The translations under genes and the position numbers were made by a program. 64,000 nt of DNA from Eledone cirrhosa (Eukaryota), in contig OZ024743.1 of NCBI GenBank assembly GCA_964016885.1, positions 88,846,001-88,910,000 on the forward strand, read 5' to 3'. This document shows, piece after piece, positions 25,716-38,494 of this stretch. The stretch's first letter is position 1, and every line of letters begins with the position of its first letter. The notes beneath the pieces are model-generated. The model ran no database searches. It was not told the DNA's origin and saw nothing but the letters and a program-made list of their open reading frames with translations.

Positions 25716-25719
25716 TCTA

Positions 25720-26138
25720 TGTAAGAACCTTTGTTAATTTATATTCCAAACACCAACTTAATAATGGTAAAGTTAGTTACACTACTAAATCTCTCAAAAT
25801 TCTTGCATATTTTCCAAATGATATGCAATGTTTTCCATTAGAAATATGGTAGCAAAAAGGTTAAAATGTTTATATTTATCTAAAAACTTTCCATCATAAT
25901 ATTATGTAGAAATATTTGTTGTGTTCCAAACATCAGCTTAATAATGAGAAAGCTAGTTCTGTTACTAAATTCCTACAAATTCTTGATATTTTCAAAATTA
26001 TTTGAAAATTGCAGACAATGTTTTTCATTAGAAATATGGCATTGGAAGTGTTAATAAAAAAGAAGAATGTTAACTTAAACTTAAACTTAGTTGTATTATA
26101 ATTATCATATTTATAATAAAATAATAAAATAAACTGTA

Positions 26139-26230
<92 letters not shown>

Positions 26231-26500
26231 TGCTGAATATAAGCCAAAACTGCTAGGCAATGCAATCAGATATATTTTGATTAATTAATGAAGAATTTGG
26301 AAGGATTTACTAAAATTATTAATTATTTCATTATTAAAATGGTATTTATAATATAATTTAACAAAAGGTTCTCATGTCAAATTATGTTGGAAAATTAAAA
26401 CTTATATAGGAGCCCTTTAAAATGGGTGGTTTTGTTTCTTAGAATGAGGGGTAGTTTGGGGTAGGTTTGCCAGTTTTAGATGGGTTGTTAGCAAAAACGA
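25720..26500. mobile_element. Fragments of AT-rich TTAA-type MITEs in both orientations
   Basis: Similarity to 52791-53020 and 38669-38805; aaaggttaa end near 25860. Confidence 0.5.
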
Positions 26501-27235
26501 TTGAAAAGAAAAACTACTCTCTCCACATACACACTGTAACACACATGCACGCACACAGCCCTACCCCACACAGAGATACATACATACACACATACATATG
26601 TACGTACGTATGTAAATACATACATACACATATACATATGTATGTACATACGTACATACATACATATATGTATATAGAAAGTGCACCTGGACCATTTTAT
26701 GTTAGTACCCTGATATAATGCACCCAGTACACTCTGTATTGGTGATCAAAGACAACATAGAATAGAGAGGATTCTTTACTGTTCTGTGTATGCCTGTGTA
26801 TGTTCTGTGTATGTGTGTGTACATGTGTATATATATGTCTGTGTCTGTATGTCTGTGTGTGTGTGCATATGTCTGTGTATATGTGTGTGCATGTGTCTCT
26901 GTGTGTGTGTGCATGAGTATGTATATGTTTATGTGTGTGTATATGTCTGTGTATATATGTCTGTACGTATATGTCTGTGTATTCCTACATTTCTTAGGCC
27001 ATGACCAATGACAACTGAGCCCCATATTCAAATACCCAGTAACCAGTACACATCTCTGACATTCACTACATAAATTAAAGGAGTTTCTGTTGAAGTTTTA
27101 TCTGTGAATCAACTGTGTATAGGGTTATCATCTTATAATCTCAAATGATATTTCATTTCTGTTGTAGTATGGATAAGAGGTATGATAGCAGGTGTGGTGG
27201 TGATAGGTAGAGGGAGATTTAGAAAAATAGACTGA

Positions 27236-27445
27236 AGGCGTGTGACTGAGTGGTAAGAGAATTGGATTCGCAACCGTGAGGTTGTGAGTTCGATTCCTGG
27301 ACTGGGGAATGCGTTATGTCCTTGAGCAAGACAATTTATTTCTCGTTGCTCCTTCTACCTGGAGTTGCGACCAATAGATAGTATTAGCAATTGGAAAGAC
27401 CAATGGAAACATTGTTTCCTCGGTCCGATTTGACGAGAGTCGATT
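27236..27445 (+). mobile_element. tRNA-derived CORE-like SINE
   Basis: gactgagtggtaag A box, gagttcgattcc B box, gtccttgagcaagaca core. Confidence 0.8.
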
Positions 27446-27474
27446 GAATGTCTATATATATATATATATATATC

Positions 27475-27720
27475 CAGGGAGTGTAACTTGGAGTTACTGT
27501 AGGTTCACCTGGGTGAGTACTCGATGTTTAGGTTCACTTCAGTGTCGAGGTGTAGAGCTATACAGAGTGTATTATAGTGAAAAGATAACAAGAACGATTG
27601 GTTACTCCTTCATTACATTTATTGGTTGGTGACAGGTGTTTCACCACTGATCAGCTCAAGGTTCGATCTGTATCGATCTTACCCGACTCTGTAATCTGCG
27701 GATCGACGGACCCCTTGAAA
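27475..27720 (-). mobile_element. PLE-like terminal fragment with the 3' half of an extended-helix-II hammerhead
   Basis: Minus strand cagagtcgg...gagctgatcagtggtGAAAC-acct-GTC parallels 20597-20658. Confidence 0.5.
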
Positions 27721-27746
27721 TACTAGTAGAAAATGTATATATATAA

Positions 27747-27838
<92 letters not shown>

Positions 27839-27861
27839 TCATCATGATGTATATATATATA

Positions 27862-27963
27862 TAATTGTTTCTACTTTTGGCACAAGGCCAGCAATTATCC
27901 CAGTGTATTACTGGTACTCTATTTTATCGACCCCGTAAGGATGAAAGGCAAAGTTAACCTCGG
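27862..27963 (-). mobile_element. Partial Nin-like SINE; another partial copy at 40672-40783
   Basis: Matches 38810-38920. Confidence 0.8.
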
Positions 27964-28086
27964 ATAATAAGTATGGTACCAGGAAAAGCCAGGCAGGGAG
28001 AATTGGTAAGAAGGAGAAATTCATTGAGAGTTCATTCTTTAACGTATGTTTCTGTACAATAACATCCACATTTGCTGTCTGTATAT

Positions 28087-31000
28087 TCTTATATATAAAG
28101 TGAAGTTGGGCGTTGTTTGTTTGGTTTCCCGAACTTGCAGGCTACACCGTTCATCTGATTTTCATGAAACTTGTCACATATATAAAACTTGACCCATAGA
28201 TTAGAATAGGCTACTTGATAATCAGGCCCCCAGAAGCCAAAAATCAATATTTTCAAACATCGTCCGATTTCGATGAAACTCGACGCAAGTGTGTATTTTG
28301 ATCCGGGGATTAACGTGGGCTGCGATAATTGGATCACCAGAGGCAAAAATCGATATTTACGAAATTTGTCCGATTCCAATGAATTTGACGTAGATATGTA
28401 TTTTGATGTGGGGATCAACGTGGGGGTACTTGAAATAAAAAAAAAATCGATAATCGGAACCCCAGAGGCAAAAATCCTGCAACCGAAAAACGCCATTCTT
28501 CTTGCTTCCATTTGTTGCGACTCCCGCCATGCAAAAAACGTTCAATCTATCAGGATTATCCACCGTAAGTCTATTTAAATTAACGCTCACCATATTCAGC
28601 AAACCTTTTATGCCGATTCTTCCATTTCTTATGTAAGGACTATCAAGACTATACCGCCGCGCATCATCCTGTATTGCACCTAATCTTCTCAAGCGATCAT
28701 CGAGCCTCCATGCGCTCTCTTCATTCCCGTGGTCCCACTACCGTAGCATAATGAGGCAACCGTCAACCCCTGCCCTCTCTCTTCCCTGCACGCCGTCATC
28801 CCACTGCATCGTCATGCCTCACCATGCCGCATTACTGCCCTGTCGGCCACCATCCCCTCCTCAGCCCGTTCTTTTGCCTGCCCGCCGTGCTCCTTCAAAA
28901 CTGCCTGCCTAACCAAGCCGCATCCCTGCCACCATCAAGTCCTGCCCTCTCCCTTCCCTGCACGCCGTTGTCCCACTGCATCGTCATGCTTCACCATGCC
29001 GCATCCATGCTCTGTCAGCCGCCATGCCCTCCCCTGCCCTCTCCCTTAACTGCACGCCTTGGTCCTTCACGAGTGCCATGGCTCACCATGCGGAATCCCT
29101 GCAACCGTCAATCTCGGCCATCTCCCTTCCCTGCACGTCGTCGACCCACTGCATCGTTATGCCTCACCATGCCGCATCCATGATCTGTCAGCCACCATCC
29201 CCTCCTCAGCCCTTTATTTTACCTGCCTGCCATGCTCCTTCAAGACTGCCATGCCTAACCAAGCCGCATCCCTGCCACCGTCAACTCCTGCCCTCTCCCT
29301 TTCCCGCACGCCTTGGTCCCTCACGACTGCCATGGCTCACCATGCGGCATTCCTGCCCTGTCAGCAACTTGCTCAAATGACATCAGCATGGTTTATTCCT
29401 GCGCCGCACATAACCGCCCATTATCTCACACCAAAGACAGCACCGAACATGAAGACGATCCTGTGTAAGTCTTTTTACATTCATTTTGACCATATTTAAC
29501 AAAATTAAACAAAAATTCATCCCTTTCTCCTCCAAATCCTACCGCTCATGTATGGCCGATAAACATCCTGCCTTGCACCCGGTTTTCTCAAACAATCATT
29601 GTGCTCCCTAGTGCTCTCTACGTTTCCGAGGTGCAACTCAATTGGCATGCCGCATCCACGCCCTGTCAGCCGCCATGCACCCCGCCCTTTCGTCATGCCT
29701 CATCATGTTGCATCCCTGCCTTGTCAGCCGCCATCTACTCCCTCTTGAGGGACCAAGTCGCATCTCTGCCACCGTCAACCCTTGCCCTCTCCGTTCCCTG
29801 CACACCATCGTCCCACTGCATCGTCATGCATCACCATGCTGCATCAATGCTCTGTCAGCCGCCATCCCCTCCTCGGCCCTTTCTTTTGCCTGCCCGCAGT
29901 GCTCCTTCAATACTGCCATGGCTCACCATGCGGCATCCTTGCCACCGTCCACCCCTGCCCTCTTCCTTGCCTGCTGGCCATCGTCCCACTGCATCTTCAT
30001 GCCTCAGGATGCCGCATTCATGCGCTGTCAGTCACCATCCCCTCCTCGGCCCTTTCTTTTGCCAGACCGCCGTACTCTTTCAAGACTCCCATGGCTATCT
30101 ATGCCGCATCAATTCCTTGCCACCCGCTTAAACGTCATCATCATGGTTTATTGTTGCCCCATTTGACCACCGATTTTCACAGGCTAAACACAATACCAAC
30201 ATGCACCATAGTCCATGGTAAATCATTTTAATTACATGTTCATCATGCTAAGCAAAGGATGAACAGCAACTTTTTCATTTCTCCTGACATGCCTTTCTGT
30301 CAATTATGGCTGAGAAGCATCCTGTGTAGCATCACGTCTTCTCAAGCAATCAGCATGCCTTCCACTGTCCTCACAATTGACTCACAACGCCGCATCTATT
30401 CCCTGCGATGCCCCTAAACATCATCAGCATGGCTTATTTTTCTGCCGTGTTTAACCGGCCCTCATTCTAGGCCATAAACAACAAAACCGCACGATGATGC
30501 TGCGTAAGTCTATTTAAATTAATGGTCAACATGTTCAGCAAAACAATTGTACCAATTCTTCCTCTTCACCTCCAAGGCCTATCCATTACATCTTAGAAGT
30601 CGGGATTCGCAATTTCTACGATTTCAATATTGACACAACAGTTCGTCAGGTTTTTTGGCACATGTTGCTCCGATAGGAATATCAACGTGATTTTCACTTA
30701 ATTCGTAAATGTTCAGTCTTCCATGTGCTTTTATTTTTTATTGATACAACACCGACTACAATCATCTAACTTCACTTTGTAGGCTAGATGCGAATCACAA
30801 GGAAAACAATCCTCTGATATACAACCCCACCAAATTCTTTGGTCTACCTAGATTTCAATGGCTATATCCTTTGCTTTTGTACGGTTGTACATTTGACAAT
30901 GTCGCAAAACATTATTCCACTTGATTCTTACCTTTCAGCTATGAATTGGGCAGTGCCTTAAAATCCCAGTTTATTTACGTGCAATTTTTTGATATCTTAT

Positions 31001-31933
31001 GAATGGAGAATTGAAAACCCTTTTTCTCATAACCTGATACATGCGTTACACATGCTCCATGGATGTTTGTGGACTATTTTTTCAAAATACCAATATCACA
31101 GATTGGAGCACAAAAAGAAACGTTTGTTCTTCATTTATTTCGGTTAAAGCATTCTGCTGGAATTTAGTGCAGACCCGTTTAAATCCAGCGCCTTATAACC
31201 CTGAGTGTAGCCGGGTACACCAGCTAGAAAGACAAATGGAAACATTGTTTCCTCGGTCCCATTTGACAAAAGTCGATTTAGTTCCACAACAAATTAACAA
31301 ACCATACTTGAAGATACGTTGAGGCTGTTGCAAAGGGCAATAACCCTAGACACAATTTTGATCAACTTTTTTTCACCTTTAGCAAATTTACAGGAACAGG
31401 TTTTAGCTACTCAAATCTATTTCAGAGGTCACGCATTCATGTAAAAAAATCAATAAAACTGAAGCGGGGGTTCGACTTTGTGCAAAAAACAAGGCAAAGT
31501 TGCACATGGGAAAACTTTTTACAGGAACGTCTGATTTTCTTGAAAACTGTCGCAAAAGACTCGCCATTATGCCGCGGTAGATAAAGTCCCTTTTATTTCT
31601 TCTTCTGCACATGTGAGCGCGAAAATTGTTAAAAAAAAAAAAAAAACTGTGAAAAAATTTACTTTTTCACCCTGCTTTAAAAATCAACTGAAAATTCAAT
31701 TTCAAGTGAATTTGACTTCCGTCAGTCGTGCAAAGAACAATTTCAATGATACACTTTGAACCTACAATTGATCCATTATTTATGCTCAATTACACACCTG
31801 TGTCTACTAACCTGTTTTTTCCTTGAGGTTCGAAGGTTTTTGCACCTGTGATGCGCGGGAAGTAACTTTCACACATTTTAACAACAGAGCAAAGGTCGAC
31901 TTACACCCGGGCAACGCCGGGTACTTCTGCTAG
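28087..31933 (+). mobile_element. Non-autonomous Helitron, about 3.85 kb, with internal GC-rich repeats
   Basis: 5' TCTTATATATAAAG...gtttgtttg...tgattttcatgaaacttg; 3' hairpin acccgg-gcaacg-ccgggt then CTAG|T. Confidence 0.8.
28565..30600. repeat. Helitron-internal modular GC-rich repeats
   Basis: Recurrent ccctgccctctcccttccctgcacg...ccatgccgcatcc modules; recurrent gtaagtc..attta block at about 28565, 29465, 30218 and 30504. Confidence 0.8.
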
Positions 31934-31980
31934 TATATATATATATATATTTATATGTGTGTGTGTGTGTGTGTGCGTGT

Positions 31981-32183
31981 GAGTCACAGGTTCAACCGGG
32001 GTAACCACAGTAAGTAAGGTACTCAATATATTAGTAGAGTGTAAACATCATGTTTAATATAGAAATTGCTTCTACAGGACTACAACTGTTTCAATCAAAA
32101 GAAATCATCAAGGCTTTCCTGATGATTTGTTTTGAGTGAAACGGTTCTAGTCCTGTAGAAATAATTTCTATATAAAACATGAT
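31981..32183 (-). mobile_element. PLE family beta remnant with short inverted arm (palindrome 32047-32183)
   Basis: Inverted repeat of about 65 bp; CTGATGA...GAAAC at 32119-32142. Confidence 0.6.
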
Positions 32184-32459
32184 ATAGATAGATAATTTTC
32201 TTTTTATTTTCCACCAGGGCATCAAAAAGTGGGACAAGTACAATGGGGGGAGTTTACATAACAAGGCGTCCTCAATAAGGAGGAGGCAATAACAAAATAT
32301 AAAAATAAAATGAAATATAACAAGATAAAATTTATAACAAAATCCTCAATAGAGAGGAGGCGCCTTGGGGAGTCGCACACACCCCCGAAAAAAAGTGTGC
32401 AACCCTTCCCCTCAGGAGCACAGAGAGGGGGTGCTCACTTGGTCTTTCATCTTCCTCAC

Positions 32460-35400
32460 CTATAGTCTGATGTAGAGTGAAGGCCCATTCACACGGGCCA
32501 TTCTCGCCACTTTCACCCATCTTTCATAAAAACGGCTGATCCTTTTTCCGAAATGATATCGAAAGAAACGGACCAGTTGTTGGCCAGAGAGAAAGGTGTC
32601 TGACCTCAGTCCTTTCAGACGCGTCCACCATACAACCTCTTTCGCCATGGCTATTATGCACAGAAACACCGCCTCTCCTTCGTTTTTGAAGAGGGGAGGC
32701 GGCTTGATCGTTACAATAGACTCGGTGCTCAACCGGATCGGTCCCACCCTTGACAGCAGTTGTTCGACATAGCTCCACAGATTGGCAATGCCCGAGCAGT
32801 GTACCAATGCGTGTACAACGGTTTCCTCATCGCACACGCATCTGGGACAGATCTTTTTCGAGGGGTCCCTACCCGGGCGCCCGTGTCTGTAGAGCCTTTC
32901 TCGAACGGGCAGAGCCCTTCTGTAGCACTGCCAGGCCAGGGACCTCTGGAAGTTATCCATGGGTCCCGGGCTGAATGTCCTACCGAACAGGTTGGCCAGT
33001 TCGTCTTCCTCCATGCCTAGGGCTTCACCGAGGGCGTCGTCGCACCTGCTAACCACCAGCCCTCTATAGAATGACGAGGTGGATTCTCCACTGACAGTCG
33101 GGTCCGCCTGCCAGAGAGCCGTGAGCGCCTGGGCACACTCGGTGTGCCAGGCGCCCAGTTTTCTCGGTCTTTTCTTGACCCAGAATTGCAGCTCGGTGAG
33201 TGAGACGAGTCTGGGAAAGGCTCGCCTCACAAACGGGGCCCACACCGGTTGACCGGTGAGGAATACCTGGAGGTACCGTAGCCTTAATGCGTGTTTACGT
33301 ATCATTAGCCACGGCATCCCCAGCCCTCCTTTCGAAGGGTGTTGACAGCAGATGGATCTCCTCACCATAGGAGCCCGCTTCTTCCAAAGGAATTGGAAGA
33401 GTGTGCGCTCCATTTTGGCGAGCGTTTCCCTTGGGCAAGGCACAACGGTCAGGCGGTAGTAGATGACGGACGCTATATAAGTGTTCGCCACCTCCGCCCG
33501 CCCTTTCAGGGACAGTTTGCACTCGGCCCACTTCTGGGTCAGTGCAAACACCCTGTTCGTTACCTCACCCCAGTTCTTCTCCACCTGGAGGTCTGGTTCG
33601 AACCAGACCCCGAGCAACTTCACCGGGCCCTCCGTCCAGCGCCCGACGACGCCATCGGAGGGCATCGATCTGCCCCTCCACGTGCCGAGTTGCAGACTGA
33701 TCGACTTGTCCCGGTTCAGCTTAGCCCCTGTAAACTTTTCGTACTCCTCCAGTAAGGTGCCAACCGCCCCGATTTCCGAGGCTGTCGACACCATCACTGT
33801 TACGTCGTCGGCGTAGGCCGACACCGCTTTCTGCAATCCCGGTTCCAACGGGATGCCCTGCAACAACTCCAACTTCCACAGCAGTGGCTCTAGAGTCATC
33901 ACATACAGAAAGGAGGAGAGAGGGCACCCTTGTCGGATGGACCGCGTGATTTCGAACGGCTCCAAGAGGTAGCCGTTCACCTTGACCCTAGAGCAGATGC
34001 GGCTGCTGTGCATGGCCTTGATCCAGCCCCTGAAAATGGGTCCGAAGCCTGCCGCCGCTAGCACCACATCCAGGTAACCATGGTCGACCCTATCGAACGC
34101 CTTAGATTGATCCAAGTTGATCAAGGCCCCACCAAAGCCCGGTTCGTTCCCAAGCCTCTCTATGATGTATCGCATGAGGTCGAGGTTCTCGTGGATGGAC
34201 CTGGACGGGATAGCACATGTCTGCGCATCTCCCACTAGGTTGCCCACGACAAGCGCCAACCTCTTTGCTAGCACCTTGGCCAAAATCTGTAACTCTGTAT
34301 TTAGCAGAATTATGGGCCTGAAAATATTTATACCGTCCCCCTTGTTCTCGTCCTTCCTCACTAGCGTGATTACGCCCTTGGTCACAGCACAGGGAATTCT
34401 CCCATTCTGTTGCCAGTTGCAGTAGACCGCGTCGAGGAGATCGGTGAACAAGTCCGGCATAGCTAGATATAGTTCGTATGGACGACCATCGAGACCCGGG
34501 GATTTGCGTTTGCCGCATTGGCTCAGCACGTCCTCTATTTCAGCGGCTGAAATCGGCTCCTGGCAGGACTTCACCTCCCTGTCCGAGAGACGCGGCAGGC
34601 CGTCGAGGTATGGACCGAAGTCCACATCCCCAACCGGCTCCCCGCCCCTTCCGAACAATCTGGCAAAGTACTTTTGAAAAGCCTCACACATCTGCTTAGG
34701 TTCAAGGATCACCCGTCCATCCTGGTCTCGCAAAGACCGGATAGTGGATCTGCTCCCTCTTTTGGCTTCTGTCACGCGGGCCCAGCTAACAGCTTTGGTC
34801 CCCTCGTTTCCCAGAGCGCGTATTTTGCTTCGGACGATGCAGCCTTTGTGTTTCGCGTCAAAGAACTGGCCCAGGGCCGTTCTCGACGCTAGCACTCTGG
34901 CCACGTCGCCGCTTCTAATTGCCTCTTCTACACTATCTACCAGCTCCCTTTCCTTCCTATTTCTATTTGAGGCTTACTCCTTACTAAATTCTATAGAGAC
35001 TACTCTAATCTCTCTTTTGAGAGATCCCCACCACCTGCTGTTGATGATGGCGCCCATCAACCGCTCCTTAACTAAAGTGCTAATCCGGTCCCTGTAAGCC
35101 TTACTTGCCGGTAAGGACAAGTTGAGCTTCCAGTAACCGGGTCCCTGTCTATGCGTTCTGTCAAGGTTGATCATGCAGCTCACTAACTTGTGGTCTGAAT
35201 AGCCAACCATGCTCATTTTTGGACAACTTAAAAAGTCCTTATCCTTATTTCTAACTAAGAACCTATCTAGGTACGACCTAGATGATCCGCTGCGATTTGC
35301 CCAAGTCCAGGTTGGCGCAGTCGGAAAATCTAGTGGATATCTATCGGCCAGGTCAAATCGACCGATTAACCCTTTGAGGCTATTACACCCCTCTCTATCG

Positions 35401-35864
35401 GGACAGGCCCCTACGTAGTCCCAGCGTGCATCTAGGATACCATTCCAGTCCCCCACTAATAGCAAGGAGCGGGACGTCCCTAGAAAAGTCTCCAGACGAT
35501 GGAAGAAGTCCGGCCGCATTGACCCGAAAGGGCCGTAGGCAGCTACCAACCTAAACGCTCCACCTTCACCACTGCCAAGGTCCAGAACCACTAGTTGACC
35601 CTCCGGGTCCAAATGTACCGTCTGTGTTGCGAGACCCAGATGTTTTTGCAGCAGAACGACAACCCCACCCCCACCTCTGGGCTGACAGAGAGATGTGTAC
35701 ATCTCAAAGTCATCAAAGGTGGGGCCCAGCTGTCGCACGTTGCTGATCCGGGCCTCGCAAATAACCATCACATTTATACGTTGTGACCTGAGGTCATTTA
35801 GAAGCATTGCTTGCTTCCAAGTTGAGCCCAGGCCACGCGCATTTAAACAGCCTACTCTTAGCAT
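32460..35864 (-). pseudogene. Tx1 ORF2 (AP endonuclease, RT, C-terminal Cys/His domain) with one in-frame TAA at 34974-34976
   Basis: CLNARGL, LVGDWN, SYLDRF, SDH; KSPGLDG, LDQSKAFDRV, IRQGCPLS, YADD; CPRC..EETVVHALVHC; both ORF pieces are in the same frame. Confidence 0.93.
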
Positions 35865-37624
35865 AGCCGGGTATCGGGCTGCACAATTTCCATTACGGTG
35901 GGGGATGGGTTGTTGGGTGGGGTGGTGGTTTGTGGAAGTGTAGGGGCATCAGTGTGTTGTGTGGCTGGGGTGTTTGGAGTTGTGTGGGTGTTTGGGGAGG
36001 GGGTGGGGTAGTTTTTTAGGAGGACGCGGTTAATGGGCCCGACGCAGGGGGGACCCACATCCTCTTTAAAGTTGTTTTTTAAAGTTTTATAAGTGTCCTG
36101 TGGGGCCTTAATCATTTTGTGGTGGGGGAAATCCCCTGCCTGGGTGAAGTTAGGCCCTTGGGTTTTTATTAAATTGTTGTTGTACACAATGTTTAACAGT
36201 TTTTTGTTTCTTGTGTTTATGTATGTGTATGCATGTTTTTGTTTTTGTGTGGTGTTTTTTGTTTGCTGTTGTTGTGAGCTCTTTTGTGTTGGTGTCAGTG
36301 TTATGTTTTGAGGGGTTGTTTTCATTTGTGTGTCTGAGGTGTGTTTTCTTTTTTTTTTTTGATTGTGTGGAAGTGCTCCTCCTCGTCTGACGACGAACTA
36401 GGGTCATCTTCCGCGTTGGAGGGGAGGCGTATATTTTCGGGTTGTGTGTGCGGTGCGGGTGTTTTGGAAATTTTTTTTTTAGTGTGGGGGGGGGGGGGGG
36501 GTTGGACATTGTTTTGTTTTGGTTTGAGCTGTGGTTGTTGTTTTTGTAATGGTAGTTGTGGTGATTGTGTTGGTTGTGCAGTTATTGGTGGTGTAGGCAG
36601 GATTGGGGTTTTCTTATTAAGTTGGGGACAGACAGCCCTCAGGTGACCTCTGGTTCTGCAGAGGTAACACGAGGGCCGCCTACCCTCAACGGTAATGTTG
36701 ATGAAAGTTTGATCATCCAGTATGACGCGTTCAGGGATCTGGGCGATCCTTTCGGGCCTCATTTGAACTACAAGTTCGAGGCTCGTTCCACTGAACGCGT
36801 CACCCAATGCCTTTCCCATGGACACCAGCGTGTCATCATCCAGGTTCAGGAAACCAGTCAAAACCCACCATATGTCCATAATCGGCAGGATGGTGTGAAT
36901 TTTTATTTTTTGTGTTCTTCTACCCATGTACGTAGGGTAGAAGGTGTATGCGGTGGATGTGATTGGTTTGATGGACAGTTTCACTGCTGTGTCCCTGTCC
37001 TTCATGAGAATGGATAGACTCCCGTAGAGTCTATCCTTCTGAATGAAGGTGATGTCGTTCATGACGTCTTTTAAAACCAGCTCTATCTCACTCTGTGATG
37101 GTTGAGCTGGTTTTTTGCTCTTATTTGAGATTGTCCTAAACATGACAGTGTTTAGGAGTCTCTGGCTTTTTAGTTCCGGGGGGGGGGGAGTGGATCGTGA
37201 ATGAACCATCTTCCCCGTACACTATATATTTTTTGGCATCTGCCAGTAGCTCCGACGCTTTGGTTATATCTACTGGCAGATAGTCGAGGGTTTTCCTTGC
37301 CGTCTGGGCGAAGGAGACTTTTTCCTTGTTTGTGTTGCTGTTGTTGTTATCATTGTTGTTGTTATCACAGTTATTGGTCTTGTTGTTGTTGTTATTGTTA
37401 TTGGTGTTGTTTTCGTCCGTAGCATTGTTGTTGTTGTTGCTGGTGCCGCTGGTTCTTTGGTTTGTTGGCATGGCAACGTCAAGTTGTCGGTCAGCAGGTG
37501 GAGAAAATCCTTCCTCTCGATGACCTTTGTTTTTGACCTCTGCTACTGTGACAGTGGCAGGGGGAAGCTGTAAGCTTATCTTCCCCTTTCCTCCTTCGAA
37601 TTTTGGTGAAGAAGCTTCAGCCAT
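35858..37624 (-). pseudogene. Tx1 ORF1 (gag-like, zinc knuckle), split by frameshifts near homopolymer runs
   Basis: CYLCRTRGHLRAVC (CX2CX4HX4C) in 36322-37209; flanking pieces 37136-37624 and 35858-36325 share a frame. Confidence 0.8.
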
Positions 37625-37825
37625 TTCAACAAAAAAAAAAAAACTTTTTTGTTTAACTATTTCGCCTAAAGGCGTAGAATATTTTGAGAGACTGACCAGA
37701 TCAAAGTTTGACCTGGCAGTCCCTCTACAAAATGGTACAAAAATTAAAGTTTACAGACAAGAATTTCTATAGAAATTTAAACAGAACTTACTCAGCAAGT
37801 TATACGCGTGTGTCCATCCCAGCGG

Positions 37826-37980
37826 TATAGATAGATAGATAGATGGATGGATAGATGGATAGATGGATAGATGGATAGATGGATAGATGGATAGATAGAT
37901 AGATAGATGGATAGATGGATGGATGGATGGATGGATGGATGGATGGAGAAATATACAGATAGGTAAATAGATAGATAGAT
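37826..37980. repeat. (GATA/GGAT)n microsatellite
   Basis: Direct observation. Confidence 0.95.
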
Positions 37981-38057
37981 GGCTAAATGGACAGATTGAT
38001 AGATAGTTCGATAAATCGAAAGCTAGATGGATAAATTGAGGAATGTATATATATATA

Positions 38058-38201
38058 TAACAAAGAGGGTGTGGTAAGATGCCAGGTGGACCATAACACA
38101 CCAGAGTACTCAATACTTAGGGTAATAGAGTGGGTAATAGGAAAAGAGTCAGGAGCCCGACGACTGGAGATCAGCCGTCAGAGTCCTGACTCTTCTCCTA
38201 T
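38058..38201 (-). mobile_element. PLE family alpha fragment with short inverted arm (38137-38201)
   Basis: Matches 23262-23375; aagagtcagga / tcctgactctt inverted repeat. Confidence 0.7.
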
Positions 38202-38284
38202 ATACATATATATATATATATGTAGGAGGTGAGTTTTATTGTAGTACAATAAAGCATTGAACTCCTTTAACCATCTTTTGATCT

Positions 38285-38323
<39 letters not shown>

Positions 38324-38331
38324 GATAGATA

Positions 38332-38411
38332 ACTTTCTTTTTATTTGCCACCAGGGCATCAAAAAGTGGGACAAGTACAATGGAGGGAGTTTACATAAAA
38401 AGGCGTCCTCA
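38332..38411 (-). mobile_element. 80-bp 3' end of the same Tx1 family
   Basis: Near-identical to 32195-32275; flanked by atagatagata on both sides. Confidence 0.9.
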
Positions 38412-38494
38412 ATAGATAGATAGATAGGTGGTGAAAGTAAGGTAGGCATGACGATCTAAGCAGGTTAGTGTTAGGTTTAGTTGGAAATGAAATA

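Larger units (their letters stand above)
32195..37825 (-). mobile_element. Full-length L1/Tx1-type non-LTR retrotransposon
   Basis: ORF1 with CCHC knuckle, ORF2 with APE-RT-zinc domain, A-rich 3' end, candidate 12-bp TSD tatagatagata (32183-32194 and 37826-37837). Confidence 0.92.

Noticed and set aside
28824-30231. Pro/His/Cys-rich ORFs inside the Helitron
   Set aside because: Overlapping frames over GC-rich repeats; no Rep/helicase or other domain motifs
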